Source of the DNA: Yoonia sp.
Lineage (GTDB): Bacteria > Pseudomonadota > Alphaproteobacteria > Rhodobacterales > Rhodobacteraceae
DNA length: 64,000 bases
Reading direction: 5' to 3'
Assembly (NCBI RefSeq): GCF_017854415.1
Contig: NZ_JAFMHR010000001.1
Coordinates: 6-64,005 of the forward strand
The notes beneath the pieces are model-generated. The model made no database searches and was not told the DNA's origin. It saw only the letters and a list, made by a program, of their open reading frames with translations. Positions 9,326-18,892 of the stretch are shown piece by piece; position 1 is the stretch's first letter, and each line of letters opens with the position of its first letter. A program made the translations under genes and the position numbers.

Positions 9326-10006
9326 ATGACAAACCAGACAGCAAAACTCGACTGGCGCGACGGCGTGCCGATCGCGACCGCCTTTGATGATCCCTATTAT
9401 TCGTTGGACAATGGTTTGGCCGAAACACGCCATGTGTTTTTGGGCGGTAACGGCCTGCCTGCCCGGTTTGGCGGTGACTTCCATATTGCAGAGCTTGGCT
9501 TTGGCACTGGATTGAATTTCTTGGTAACTTGGGCTGCATGGGAAAACGCAGGGCGTCCCGGCCAACTGCAATTTACGTCCTTTGAGGCCTACCCGATGGC
9601 ACCTGACGACATGCAACAAGCGCTGACGCATTTTCCGCAACTCGAAGTATATGCGCAAAAGCTGCTGTCGATGTGGCATCCTGACCAAGGTCCAACACGG
9701 CTTGATGACGGTCCCGTCTTGCATGTCGTCACCGGCGACGCGCGACAAACCCTGCCTGCTTGGGAAAACCAAGCTGACGCGTGGTATCTGGACGGCTTTT
9801 CTCCCGCCAAGAACCCGCAAATGTGGGAACCTGCTTTGCTATTGGCCGTTGGCACACACACAAAATCCGGTGGGACCGCCGCGACCTACAGTGCAGCTGG
9901 TCATATTAGACGCGGCCTGCAAGACGCTGGTTTCGAAGTTACCCGCACCACCGGATATGGTCGCAAGCGACACATGACCTGCGCAAGGATGCCTGATGCA
10001 GAATAA
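9326..10006 (+). CDS. mnmD: tRNA (mnm5s2U34)-methyltransferase, MnmC N-terminal/MnmD type (DUF752)
   Basis: LDWRDGVPIATAFDDPYYS...ELGFGTGLNF...WYLDGFSPAKNP are typical of the MnmC methyltransferase domain. Confidence 0.75.
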   Translation: MTNQTAKLDWRDGVPIATAFDDPYYSLDNGLAETRHVFLGGNGLPARFGGDFHIAELGFGTGLNFLVTWAAWENAGRPGQLQFTSFEAYPMAPDDMQQALTHFPQLEVYAQKLLSMWHPDQGPTRLDDGPVLHVVTGDARQTLPAWENQADAWYLDGFSPAKNPQMWEPALLLAVGTHTKSGGTAATYSAAGHIRRGLQDAGFEVTRTTGYGRKRHMTCARMPDAE

Positions 10007-10859
10007 CCAACGCCTTGGCATTATGCTGATGATTGCGACAACCTTTGTGTTTGCGATCCAAGACGGCATTTCGCGACATCTGGCTGGAAACTACAACGTC
10101 ATCATGATTGTGATGATCCGCTATTGGTTCTTTGCGGCCTTTGTCATCACCATTGCTACGCGGCAGTCAGGATCAATTCGGGTAGCAGCAGCCACGAAAC
10201 AACCTATCCTGCAAATCACACGCGGCACGCTGCTCGCGTTAGAAATCTGCATCATGGTTAGCGCGTTTGTACTGCTCGGACTTGTCGAAAGCCATGCGGT
10301 TTTCGCCTGTTATCCCCTGCTGATCGCGGCCCTTTCAGGTCCGGTTTTGGGCGAACAAGTCGGCTGGCGCAGATGGGCTGCGATTGGCATTGGCTTCATC
10401 GGTGTGTTGGTCATCCTTCAGCCAGGCTATGCGGTCTTTGCGCCTGCCGCAGTTGTGCCTCTTATCGCGGCATTGATGTTCGCACTTTACGGTTTGCTGA
10501 CCCGCTATGCGGCGCGCAAAGACACAACTGCGACATCGTTCTTTTGGACAGGGACATCCGGTGCCGTTGTTATGACAATCGCGGGCGTCTGGTTTTGGGA
10601 GCCAATGACCGCCGTCGATTGGTGGTGGATGGCGGTCCTTTGCGTGACCGGCGCGGGCGGGCATTGGTTGCTTATCAAAACATATGAAGTGGCCGAGGCC
10701 AGTTCTGTTCAGCCTTTCGCATACCTGCAACTGGTCTTTGCCAGCGCAATCGGCATTTTCCTGCTGGGCGAAACACTGCGCCCTAACGTGGCGTTGGGCG
10801 CAGCTATCGTTGTCGCGGCAGGGTTATTTACGTTGTGGCGCGCAAAGAAAGCGGCCTAG
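9996..10859 (+). CDS. DMT-superfamily (EamA) transporter
   Basis: About 10 hydrophobic segments in two EamA-like halves. It overlaps the mnmD end by 11 nt. Confidence 0.75.
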   Translation: MQNNQRLGIMLMIATTFVFAIQDGISRHLAGNYNVIMIVMIRYWFFAAFVITIATRQSGSIRVAAATKQPILQITRGTLLALEICIMVSAFVLLGLVESHAVFACYPLLIAALSGPVLGEQVGWRRWAAIGIGFIGVLVILQPGYAVFAPAAVVPLIAALMFALYGLLTRYAARKDTTATSFFWTGTSGAVVMTIAGVWFWEPMTAVDWWWMAVLCVTGAGGHWLLIKTYEVAEASSVQPFAYLQLVFASAIGIFLLGETLRPNVALGAAIVVAAGLFTLWRAKKAA

Positions 10860-12859
10860 GGCCGCGCGACTGGGCGTGTGACCTGTGACGCAGGACTGGG
10901 TCGCGGCGCTGGTCTTGCCAGCGGGCGGAGCAGCGGTTTTGATCCCAGCAATAGCTCTGTGAAACGTACAGGGCCTGCAACACCTGACAGGCGTGCCTCG
11001 TAGATGGGGATGCTTTCGGTTACGCGCATCACGTAGTTGCGGGTTTCACGAAAAGGTATGTGTTCGATCCAATCCACAACATCCATTTCCAACAACCGCG
11101 GATCGCCGCGTTCGTCTATCCAGCGTTTCGGGCGGCTTGGCCCTGCGTTATATCCGGCAGCTATCATCACAGGTGTCGGCCCGAATTCTTCGGTCAAATA
11201 AGCCAGATAGGCTGCGCCTATGGTCGCGTTATACTCCCAATCACTGGTCAGGCGTGGCTTTGAATATGGCAGGCCCAGATCGCCAGCGACTTCCTCGGCA
11301 GTGGCGGGCATTACCTGCATCAAGCCAAGCGCGCCCAAAGGGCTGCCGATCCCGATGTTGAACTCGCTTTCGCGGCGCGCAATCGATAAGGCCAAAGACG
11401 CATCAACTGGTAGGTCCATCTGCGCAAGATCATGTAGCGGAAAATAGATCGTCGGGATCACGATTCCGCGTGTCACTGCTGTTTTGGCCAAAAGAAGTGT
11501 ATAATATTCCTCGTCTATCTCGCTGAGGTATTGCCCCAATGCGGCTAGACTGTCTTCAGCAAGGGTCTGGCCAAGTTGCGCAAAGAAAGTCACCGCTGCG
11601 CCCCGCTCTCCACCCGCAAGCAACATCAAAGCCGCGCGCGTCAAGTCATCGTCAAACACGGCTGCCCCCTGCCAAGCAATCGTCGCGCCTTCCAGTGCAG
11701 GGTCAAGCGGGCGACCCAGCTTTTCTGATGCCAGCAATCCATAAAAACTCGTTTGATGGTCCGCCGCAGCACCATAGGCAGTGGCAGCCAGATCAATCTC
11801 GCCTTTCACGGCATAGGTGCGGCCAATCCAGTATTGCATCCGTCCAACGGAAATCGGACTGCCAGAGACCCGCAGTGCATTCTCAAAATGCCCCAAGGCT
11901 TGCGTCGGATCGCCCAAATAGGTCAGCGACAAATACCCAGCCAACCATTCAAGATCAGCGTAAGATTCGCCGTCGGTCAGATAGTGGCGGGATGCCAATT
12001 CATAGGCCTGTTCGGCGCGGCCTTCGCGCATTTCCCAACGTGCCAGCACGCGGCGCCAGCCCGACCAACGAAACGGTTCTCCTAGTGCGGCGGAACTGGT
12101 GGAGCGGTCCAACAAAAGCGCAACGGCATCTGTCCGCTCGCCGCGCCCAGCAAGCCAAGAATAGCGGTCATATGCAAGACCCGCGTCTTGGCTTAAATCG
12201 GCAGGAACTGCTGCAATCCGCAAAAGCAAGTCGCTCGCGCGTGACAGATACCCAAGGCGGGCATTTACCAATGCGCGCGGTCCTTCGGGCAGCAAAGGCA
12301 GCATGCGTTCGGCATCCGTCCGGCGCGAACGCCACAACAATTCATCGGTACGCGCAACATGATATCGCGCTAGCTGATCACCAAATTCGGCGATCATCGC
12401 GTCATGGCCCTCTTGGGTCAGGCGCAGATTGATCCACGCCTCGCGCAATACGGCATCAGCCGTGTCCCCTTGGCCAGCGGCAGTCAGGGCCTTGGCCAAA
12501 ATCACGGCGCCTTCGCCTGTTTGCGGTGGATTATCGGTGAACCATGCGATGATCATTGCTGGGTCGTCACTTGCGACGATCGCCAACTCTGATGCTGCGC
12601 GCAAATTATCCAGACCGGGCCAAGTGGGGTTCTCTGTCACAAATGCTTGATATTCGGCGAATGTTGCATCACCGGCCCGCAACCGCAGCCAAGTAAGGAC
12701 ATCAGCAGTTAAAGGGTCCCCGCCTGCGGCAATCGCATAAGCGTCGGTCCAATCGATGTCCGCTGCCACAATCGCCGCAACGCTTTGAGGGGCCACTGAC
12801 TGCGCGCGCAATGGCAATGCGGCCAGCGCTAGCGCGATCGAAATCATAATAATTCGCAT
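10856..12859 (-). CDS. soluble lytic murein transglycosylase (Slt70-like)
   Basis: Signal peptide MRIIMISIALALAALPLRAQ. C-terminal SLT domain (ARRESEFN, GLMQVMP, AGYNAGP). Confidence 0.85.
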   Translation of the reverse strand: MRIIMISIALALAALPLRAQSVAPQSVAAIVAADIDWTDAYAIAAGGDPLTADVLTWLRLRAGDATFAEYQAFVTENPTWPGLDNLRAASELAIVASDDPAMIIAWFTDNPPQTGEGAVILAKALTAAGQGDTADAVLREAWINLRLTQEGHDAMIAEFGDQLARYHVARTDELLWRSRRTDAERMLPLLPEGPRALVNARLGYLSRASDLLLRIAAVPADLSQDAGLAYDRYSWLAGRGERTDAVALLLDRSTSSAALGEPFRWSGWRRVLARWEMREGRAEQAYELASRHYLTDGESYADLEWLAGYLSLTYLGDPTQALGHFENALRVSGSPISVGRMQYWIGRTYAVKGEIDLAATAYGAAADHQTSFYGLLASEKLGRPLDPALEGATIAWQGAAVFDDDLTRAALMLLAGGERGAAVTFFAQLGQTLAEDSLAALGQYLSEIDEEYYTLLLAKTAVTRGIVIPTIYFPLHDLAQMDLPVDASLALSIARRESEFNIGIGSPLGALGLMQVMPATAEEVAGDLGLPYSKPRLTSDWEYNATIGAAYLAYLTEEFGPTPVMIAAGYNAGPSRPKRWIDERGDPRLLEMDVVDWIEHIPFRETRNYVMRVTESIPIYEARLSGVAGPVRFTELLLGSKPLLRPLARPAPRPSPASQVTRPVARP

Positions 12860-13053
12860 GAAGGCCACCCAACTGTTCGGATCAATATACAAGGTAACGG
12901 CGGTCGGGCCGAAAACAACTCACAAACGCGGGAACCGGCGGAAACTTGTGCACCCAAGCTGCAACGAAGGGCTTGTAGGATTTGCGTTCTGCGCCTAGGG
13001 TCCGCGCGATTTTGACGTCGGCTGATCAGCCACCAACAAGAAGGAAGCGTGCC

Positions 13054-13926
13054 ATGTTTAAGGGATCACTCCCCGCCCTCGTCACGCCGTTTGCGAACGG
13101 CCAAGTTGACGTGGACGCGCTGAAAAAACTTGTGAATTGGCATGTTGATCAAGGCAGTCATGGGCTTGTTCCCGTTGGTACTACAGGCGAAAGCCCGACT
13201 TTGACCCATGCAGAACACGACATGGTTGTTGAAATCGTGGTGACCGAGGCCGCAGGCCGTATTCCGGTAATCGCTGGTGCGGGATCAAACAACACCGCTG
13301 AAACGGTGCGTTTGGTGCAAGCAGCCAAGGCGGCTGGCGCTGATGCGGCACTGGTCGTCACGCCTTATTATAACAAGCCTACGCAAGCAGGCCTGATCGC
13401 GCATTTCACAGCTGCGGCTGACTGTGGTCTGCCTATTATCATCTACAACATCCCACCACGTTCGGTTGTTGATATGTCCCCAGATACGATGGCGACACTG
13501 GCCAAGCATGACATGATCGTGGGTGTCAAAGATGCCACCGCTGATCTGTCGCGGGTGCCTGCAACGCGCATGCGGTGTGGTGCGGATTTCATCCAGCTTT
13601 CCGGCGAAGATGCGACCGCGTTGGGTTTCAACGCGCATGGTGGGGTAGGCTGTATCTCGGTCACCGCGAATATCGCGCCAAAGCTGATTGCCCAATTCCA
13701 AGAGACCACCTTGGCAGGTGACTATGCCACTGCTTTGACGCTACTTGATCGTTTGATGCCGCTGCACGAAGCGGTCTTTACCGAGCCGGGTCTTGTCGGC
13801 GCAAAATACGGCATGTCATTGCTGGGCATGTGCCGCGAAGACGTGCGTCTGCCACTGGTCGGTTTGACCGATGGCACAAAAGAGAAAATCCGTGCGGCTA
13901 TGGTACACGCCGGTTTGTTGAACTGA
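13054..13926 (+). CDS. dapA: 4-hydroxy-tetrahydrodipicolinate synthase
   Basis: [13 protein letters not shown]...[12 protein letters not shown]...YYNKP... AAGGAAG ribosome-binding site upstream. Confidence 0.9.
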   Translation: MFKGSLPALVTPFANGQVDVDALKKLVNWHVDQGSHGLVPVGTTGESPTLTHAEHDMVVEIVVTEAAGRIPVIAGAGSNNTAETVRLVQAAKAAGADAALVVTPYYNKPTQAGLIAHFTAAADCGLPIIIYNIPPRSVVDMSPDTMATLAKHDMIVGVKDATADLSRVPATRMRCGADFIQLSGEDATALGFNAHGGVGCISVTANIAPKLIAQFQETTLAGDYATALTLLDRLMPLHEAVFTEPGLVGAKYGMSLLGMCREDVRLPLVGLTDGTKEKIRAAMVHAGLLN

Positions 13927-13931
13927 CGTAT

Positions 13932-13949
13932 GGTGGATTTCAATCCACC
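13932..13949. terminator. perfect 7-bp stem / 4-nt loop hairpin (GGTGGAT ttca ATCCACC) in the 23-bp gap between convergent dapA and ycaQ-like genes
   Basis: Read directly. There is no long U-tract, so its function as a bidirectional terminator is inferred. Confidence 0.4.
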
Positions 13950-15137
13950 TTACCTGACCCATCCGTCATCGTAACTTACCGCGCTGCAACCCCCAAAGGC
14001 TGCGGCGCGTTCCAATTCAGCCTGTAGCGCTTTCAGCCGACCTACACCCATTTTGACCCCACTTTCCGGCCAAAATGCACGCACGACCAATGCCCCATCT
14101 GTGCGCCGCATATCGATGCGGCCAATCATGTGATCGCCCTCGATCACGGGGAAAACATAGTAACCGTACTTGCGTTTTGGCTCGGGCACGAAAATCTCTA
14201 TTCGGTAGTTGAAACCAAACAGTCGCTCTGCCCTTTTACGGTCGCGCAGTGCCGGATCAAATGGCGACAGCACTCTGATACGCGGCGCAGGAGCGGCCAC
14301 ATTCACGTCCATGATATCAGGTCGTGCAAACGAACGGCGCAGTGCTCCATCAACACCTTCGATATCAACTTCAATGATTTGACCGTCGGACAAGGCTGCC
14401 GCACACCAATCCTTTGCTTCGGCTGATGTGACATGGTCCCAAAACGCGGCCAGTTCACGGCTTGTCGCAAACCCGAGACGGTCCATTGCGCCGTTGCAGC
14501 ACCAATCAATTGTTTCTTGCGGGTGATGCCGACGGTTAAGGTGTTCAGGCGGAATAACCCGCTCTGTCAGATCATAAACCTTGGTGAACCCATCACGGCG
14601 CAGGACCGACAGTTGGCCGGACCGCCACAAGAACTCCAATGCCGTCTTTGAGGGATGCCAGTCCCACCAACCACTCGATCCGCGACTTTCGCCCTCGCCA
14701 ACCTGCCCCGAAGTGCAAGCCCCATGATCTGAAATTCGCTTCAGAACCTCGTCGATTTTGGCATGAAGATCACCACGCCGCGCGTCTTTCCAATGCGATG
14801 CAAGCCGCGTCGCGTCGCGGTCAAACCGCAAACGCCAATGGGCAAAACTATTCATCGGGATGATCGCTGCATCGTGGGTCCAATGTTCGAAAACCTGCCT
14901 GTCGCGGTGCAAAAGGTGCTGCAAAGCATCGGGGCGGTATTGTTGCTTGCGTGACCATAAAATCAAATCGTGTGCGCGGGCGAATGTGTTCACACTGTCA
15001 AGTTGGACAAATCCAAGCTCGTCCAAAACGCCCTTCAGGTCGGCACCCTTACCAGTTCCTGACGGGCGACAAGACAGGCGATGCTTTTCCAAAAAGAGAT
15101 GCCGTGCTTTGGCGTTACTCAGAACAGGGACACTCAT
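13950..15137 (-). CDS. winged-helix DNA glycosylase, YcaQ/AlkZ-like (interstrand-crosslink repair family)
   Basis: ORF trimmed to [16 protein letters not shown]... It contains a Q-hydrophobic-D motif (FVQLDSV, codons at 14997-15005) as described for YcaQ. Confidence 0.65.
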   Translation of the reverse strand: MSVPVLSNAKARHLFLEKHRLSCRPSGTGKGADLKGVLDELGFVQLDSVNTFARAHDLILWSRKQQYRPDALQHLLHRDRQVFEHWTHDAAIIPMNSFAHWRLRFDRDATRLASHWKDARRGDLHAKIDEVLKRISDHGACTSGQVGEGESRGSSGWWDWHPSKTALEFLWRSGQLSVLRRDGFTKVYDLTERVIPPEHLNRRHHPQETIDWCCNGAMDRLGFATSRELAAFWDHVTSAEAKDWCAAALSDGQIIEVDIEGVDGALRRSFARPDIMDVNVAAPAPRIRVLSPFDPALRDRKRAERLFGFNYRIEIFVPEPKRKYGYYVFPVIEGDHMIGRIDMRRTDGALVVRAFWPESGVKMGVGRLKALQAELERAAAFGGCSAVSYDDGWVR

Positions 15138-15610
15138 GTATCGGCGTCCATCAATGCAATCTGCTGCAATCGCACCTGCCGGAGGCCCTCGACCAACATG
15201 GCCGTTACAAATCCGATATTCAGCAGGCCGTTGATTGCCGCCATCCCGCCTAATAAGCGCCATTCGATTGGCAATAAGATGTCGCCAAACCCCAGCGTGG
15301 TGAACGCCACCAGCGCAAAATAGACCGCCGTTTCCACCGTCTGGAAAATCCCGAGGGCGATCATCGTCAGTGCCCATGCCCATACGCCAATGGCCATCTG
15401 CAACAGGATGCCCACAGCCGACACACACATGACCAGCATCAATTTGGGCCTATGTGGCGGCACAATCAGCCAAGGTCGCAGTCGCATAAGCCAATATTCC
15501 ATGATCCAAAAAACGCTGCCCGCGACAACAATCGAAAACACCAAAAGCGCGGAACCCAACATAATCTGAATAAGCACTGCATTTCTCCTCGCTTCTTGCG
15601 TTGTGCGCAC
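15134..15610 (-). CDS. small K+-channel-like ion channel (pore-loop protein)
   Basis: Three hydrophobic helices plus a pore helix/filter [18 protein letters not shown]. The stop overlaps the ycaQ-like start (ATGA). Confidence 0.6.
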   Translation of the reverse strand: MRTTQEARRNAVLIQIMLGSALLVFSIVVAGSVFWIMEYWLMRLRPWLIVPPHRPKLMLVMCVSAVGILLQMAIGVWAWALTMIALGIFQTVETAVYFALVAFTTLGFGDILLPIEWRLLGGMAAINGLLNIGFVTAMLVEGLRQVRLQQIALMDADT

Positions 15611-15649
15611 CTTGTACCACAGCGCCCCTTCGCATATCTCAACCTGACT

Positions 15650-16123
15650 ATGGCCAAGAACCCTGAAAACAAAAACTACAAAGTTGTCTCTGAAAACCGC
15701 CGCGCGCGGTATGATTACGCTATTGAGGACGATCTTGAGGTCGGGATCATCCTGACTGGTTCAGAAGTGAAATCTTTGCGCGTCGGTCAATCCAATATTG
15801 CAGACAGCTATGCCAGCGTCGATGACGGTGAGCTTTGGCTGACCAACGCCTACATTGCGCCCTATGACCGCGCAATGTTTGGCCACGAAGAACGCCGCAA
15901 GCGCAAGCTTTTGGTCAAGAACCGTGAACTTGCCCGGCTGTGGAATGCGACCAAACGCGACGGAATGACCCTTGTCCCGCTGGTGATGTATTTCAACGAC
16001 CGCGGGTTGGTGAAACTCAAGATCGCGACGGCCAAAGGCAAAAAGAACCACGACAAACGCGCAACCGAGGCCAAGCGCGACTGGGGTCGCCAGCAGCAGC
16101 GCTTGCTGCGCCACGGGGATTAA
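15650..16123 (+). CDS. smpB: SsrA-binding protein
   Basis: ORF trimmed to [27 protein letters not shown]... Confidence 0.9.
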   Translation: MAKNPENKNYKVVSENRRARYDYAIEDDLEVGIILTGSEVKSLRVGQSNIADSYASVDDGELWLTNAYIAPYDRAMFGHEERRKRKLLVKNRELARLWNATKRDGMTLVPLVMYFNDRGLVKLKIATAKGKKNHDKRATEAKRDWGRQQQRLLRHGD

Positions 16124-16281
16124 CACCCGCTTTTTCCCCTTTCCGACAAAGTTCTAAACCACGACATTCGATTTGTTGAATTGATGCAGTGATCACTTGC
16201 ATCGGCTTCTCTGGTGGTGCGCAGCTATAGGCCCGGCTGACGCAGTTGTTAATAATGGGTCTGAATTGAAGGGACAATAAT

Positions 16282-16560
16282 ATGGAACAACTGATTATTC
16301 AGCTGATCTCTGGTGCGGTTGGCGGCAATGTCGCTGGTGGCGTGATGAAGAACCTGTCGTTGGGTACATTGGGCAACTCGATTGCTGGTATCGTTGGTGG
16401 CGGTGTTGGTGGCCAAATTCTAGCTGCAGTCATGGGTGGCGGCGCAGCTGCTGGCGGTCTGGATATCGCAAGCATCATAACGCAGGTTGCAGGCGGTGGT
16501 ATCGGTGGCGCTGGTGCATTGGCGATCGTTGGCATGATCAAGAACATGATGGCCAAGTAA
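16282..16560 (+). CDS. glycine-zipper-rich small membrane protein
   Basis: 92 aa made of GxxxG-type runs ([29 protein letters not shown]). It has its own downstream hairpin. Confidence 0.55.
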   Translation: MEQLIIQLISGAVGGNVAGGVMKNLSLGTLGNSIAGIVGGGVGGQILAAVMGGGAAAGGLDIASIITQVAGGGIGGAGALAIVGMIKNMMAK

Positions 16561-16577
16561 ACCAACCATTGAGTTCC

Positions 16578-16616
16578 ACGCCGACGCCCGTGCGAGAACG
16601 TGGACGTCGGCGTTTC
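16578..16616 (+). terminator. hairpin ACGCCGACG...CGTCGGCGT followed by TTTCC
   Basis: 9-bp perfect arms at 16578-16586 and 16605-16613, with a short T run after them. Confidence 0.45.
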
Positions 16617-16703
16617 CATCAAAGCGTTTGCGCAGCGGTTTCCCTTGTCATAGCACGCCGCGCGAGTTACCCGTGACGCGATAACTGGGAACCGGAGTGC
16701 GCA

Positions 16704-17567
16704 ATGTCCGCATCAACACCTGATGATCCAAAAACGCTTGTCAGCACCGATTGGCTGGCGGCTAACCTCAAAGACCCCGATCTACGTATCTTTGATGCGA
16801 CGTGGTTTTTGCCCGACATGGCGCGCGACGCCAAAGCTGAATATGCGGCAGCTCACATACCGGGTGCGCGCTATTTTGATATTGATGACATCAGCGATGC
16901 GCGCTCTGAACTGCCCCATATGGCCCCTCCTGTTGAGAAATTCATGTCCCGCATGCGTGCGATGGGCGTCGGCGACGGGCATCAAGTCGTGGCCTACGAT
17001 GGCGCTGGCCTATTTTCGGCGGCAAGGGTCTGGTGGCTGTTCCGGTTGATGGGTCAAAAGAATATCGCTGTCCTCGACGGTGGTTTGCCAAAATGGCTAG
17101 CCGAGGGGCGTCCCACCACTGCCAGCCTTCCGGTCATTCGTGACCGCCACATGACCGTCAAATACCAAGCCCAACGGGTGCGCGATGTCACCGACGTCGC
17201 ACGTGCCGCCAAACTGGGCGATCACAACGTCATTGACGCCCGCGCCCCCGCCCGTTTTCGCGGCGAAGCGGCGGAACCGCGTCCAGGCATGCGTTCCGGC
17301 CACATCCCCGGCTCGGTCAACGTGTTTTATAAAGATCTGCTAGCTGCAAACGGTACGATGAAGTCACCCGCTGCCCTGCGCACCATATTCGAGACAGCAG
17401 GCGTCGACCTGCAAAAGCCAGCCATTACAACCTGCGGATCAGGCGTCACTGCCGCGATCCTATCCCTTGCCCTTGAGCGGATCGGCAAAACCGATCACTC
17501 GCTTTATGATGGCTCATGGTCCGAATGGGGCATGTACGCCGACCTTCCAATTGCCACCGGAGCCTAA
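16704..17567 (+). CDS. sseA: 3-mercaptopyruvate sulfurtransferase (tandem rhodanese)
   Basis: Two rhodanese halves and an active-site CGSGVTA loop. GGAG ribosome-binding site upstream. Confidence 0.8.
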   Translation: MSASTPDDPKTLVSTDWLAANLKDPDLRIFDATWFLPDMARDAKAEYAAAHIPGARYFDIDDISDARSELPHMAPPVEKFMSRMRAMGVGDGHQVVAYDGAGLFSAARVWWLFRLMGQKNIAVLDGGLPKWLAEGRPTTASLPVIRDRHMTVKYQAQRVRDVTDVARAAKLGDHNVIDARAPARFRGEAAEPRPGMRSGHIPGSVNVFYKDLLAANGTMKSPAALRTIFETAGVDLQKPAITTCGSGVTAAILSLALERIGKTDHSLYDGSWSEWGMYADLPIATGA

Positions 17568-17570
17568 GAC

Positions 17571-18755
17571 ATGCTTGAGAATCTATCCGCCCAACCCGCC
17601 GACAAAATACTCACACTCATTACCAAGTTCAAAGCGGACCCGCGCACGGACAAGGTTGATCTTGGCGTCGGCGTCTACAAAGACGCGACAGGCAACACCC
17701 CCGTCATGCGCGCCGTCAAAGAAGCAGAGCGCCGGATTTTGGCCGACCAGTCCACCAAAGCCTACACTGGCCTTGCGGGTGATCCTGCCTTCAGCGCGGT
17801 GATGAAGGATCTCGTGCTAGGCGACAGCGTTCCAAATGAACGCGTCGCGGCGGTTGCCACCCCCGGCGGCACCGGTGCCATTCGCCAAGCGCTGGAATTG
17901 ATCAAGCTGGCAACCCCGAAAGCCACCGTTTGGCTATCCAACCCCACATGGCCGAACCACCCGTCAATCATCCGGTATCTTGGCATGAAAATGGCCGAAT
18001 ATCGCTATTTTGACAATGAAACACGTGGTGTGGATTTCGCTGGCCTGATGGCTGACTTGGAAAACGTGGCTGAGGGCGATGTCATTCTTTTGCACGGCTG
18101 CTGCCACAACCCGACCGGCGCAAACCTGACATATAGCCAGATGGAACAGGTCATCAGCCTGATGCAACAAAAGCGCGCGGTGCCTTTCGTGGATATCGCC
18201 TACCAAGGCTTTGGCGACGGTCTAGCCGATGACGCCAAGACCACACGACAGATTGCCAGCAGTTTTGAAAACTGCCTGATTGCGGCAAGCTGTTCCAAAA
18301 ACTTTGGAATTTACCGCGAGCGGACAGGCATTCTTATGGCCGTGGCCAAGGACACCGACCAACAGGCGCTCGCGCAGCAAAACCTCGCGTTCCTGAACCG
18401 TCAGAACTATTCCTTTCCGCCGGATCACGGTGCACGCGTTGTTACGACAATCCTGCAAGACCCAGCATTACGCGCCGATTGGGAAGCCGAGCTCGAAGAA
18501 ACCCGCAACGGCATGCTTGCCCTGCGACAGCAACTGGCAGACGAGTTGAAGCGGCTGACCAATAGTGACCGTTTCGGCTTTCTAGCCCATCACCGCGGCA
18601 TGTTCAGCCTGCTTGGTACAACACCCGAAATGGTCGAAAAGCTGCGGGTAGACAACGGCATCTACATGGTCGGTGACAGCCGCATGAACATTGCGGGCCT
18701 GAACGCGCAAACAGTACCCATCTTGGCCAAAGCGATTGTCGAAGCAGGCATCTAG
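17571..18755 (+). CDS. aspartate/aromatic amino acid aminotransferase (AspC/TyrB class I)
   Basis: DLGVGVYKD, TPGGTGA, HGCCHNPTG and SCSKNFGIYRERTG are AspC/TyrB hallmarks. Confidence 0.85.
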   Translation: MLENLSAQPADKILTLITKFKADPRTDKVDLGVGVYKDATGNTPVMRAVKEAERRILADQSTKAYTGLAGDPAFSAVMKDLVLGDSVPNERVAAVATPGGTGAIRQALELIKLATPKATVWLSNPTWPNHPSIIRYLGMKMAEYRYFDNETRGVDFAGLMADLENVAEGDVILLHGCCHNPTGANLTYSQMEQVISLMQQKRAVPFVDIAYQGFGDGLADDAKTTRQIASSFENCLIAASCSKNFGIYRERTGILMAVAKDTDQQALAQQNLAFLNRQNYSFPPDHGARVVTTILQDPALRADWEAELEETRNGMLALRQQLADELKRLTNSDRFGFLAHHRGMFSLLGTTPEMVEKLRVDNGIYMVGDSRMNIAGLNAQTVPILAKAIVEAGI

Positions 18756-18892
18756 GCCCACCGCGTCACGTTGATGTTGCGCCGCGGCATTGTAAAATGC
18801 TGCGGTTGCAAATTTTGCCTTGTGACAGGGCGCGCAATAATATACCCGTTTTACCAATCAAGACGCAATTTTACTTCGCCAAGGATCCGCTG

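Noticed and set aside
11539-12432. 297-aa plus-strand ORF inside the lytic transglycosylase gene
   Set aside because: Its Arg/Ser/Pro-rich composition is typical of a shadow ORF. The minus-strand frame has a signal peptide and an SLT catalytic domain.
15138-15428. N-terminal 97-aa extension of the ycaQ-like ORF overlapping the channel gene
   Set aside because: The extension is Gly/Arg-rich with no similarity to YcaQ N-termini. The internal ATG at 15137 gives a canonical ATGA coupling with the upstream channel gene. Similar long 5' extensions were trimmed for smpB, dapA, the MnmC-oxidase-like gene, lysA, pyrB, udg and the amidotransferase.
16124-16281. Possible tmRNA (ssrA) next to smpB
   Set aside because: The gap is only 158 bp, and I could not see a tRNA-like acceptor/T-arm or a tag reading frame. 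Alphaproteobacterial two-piece tmRNA is much longer.
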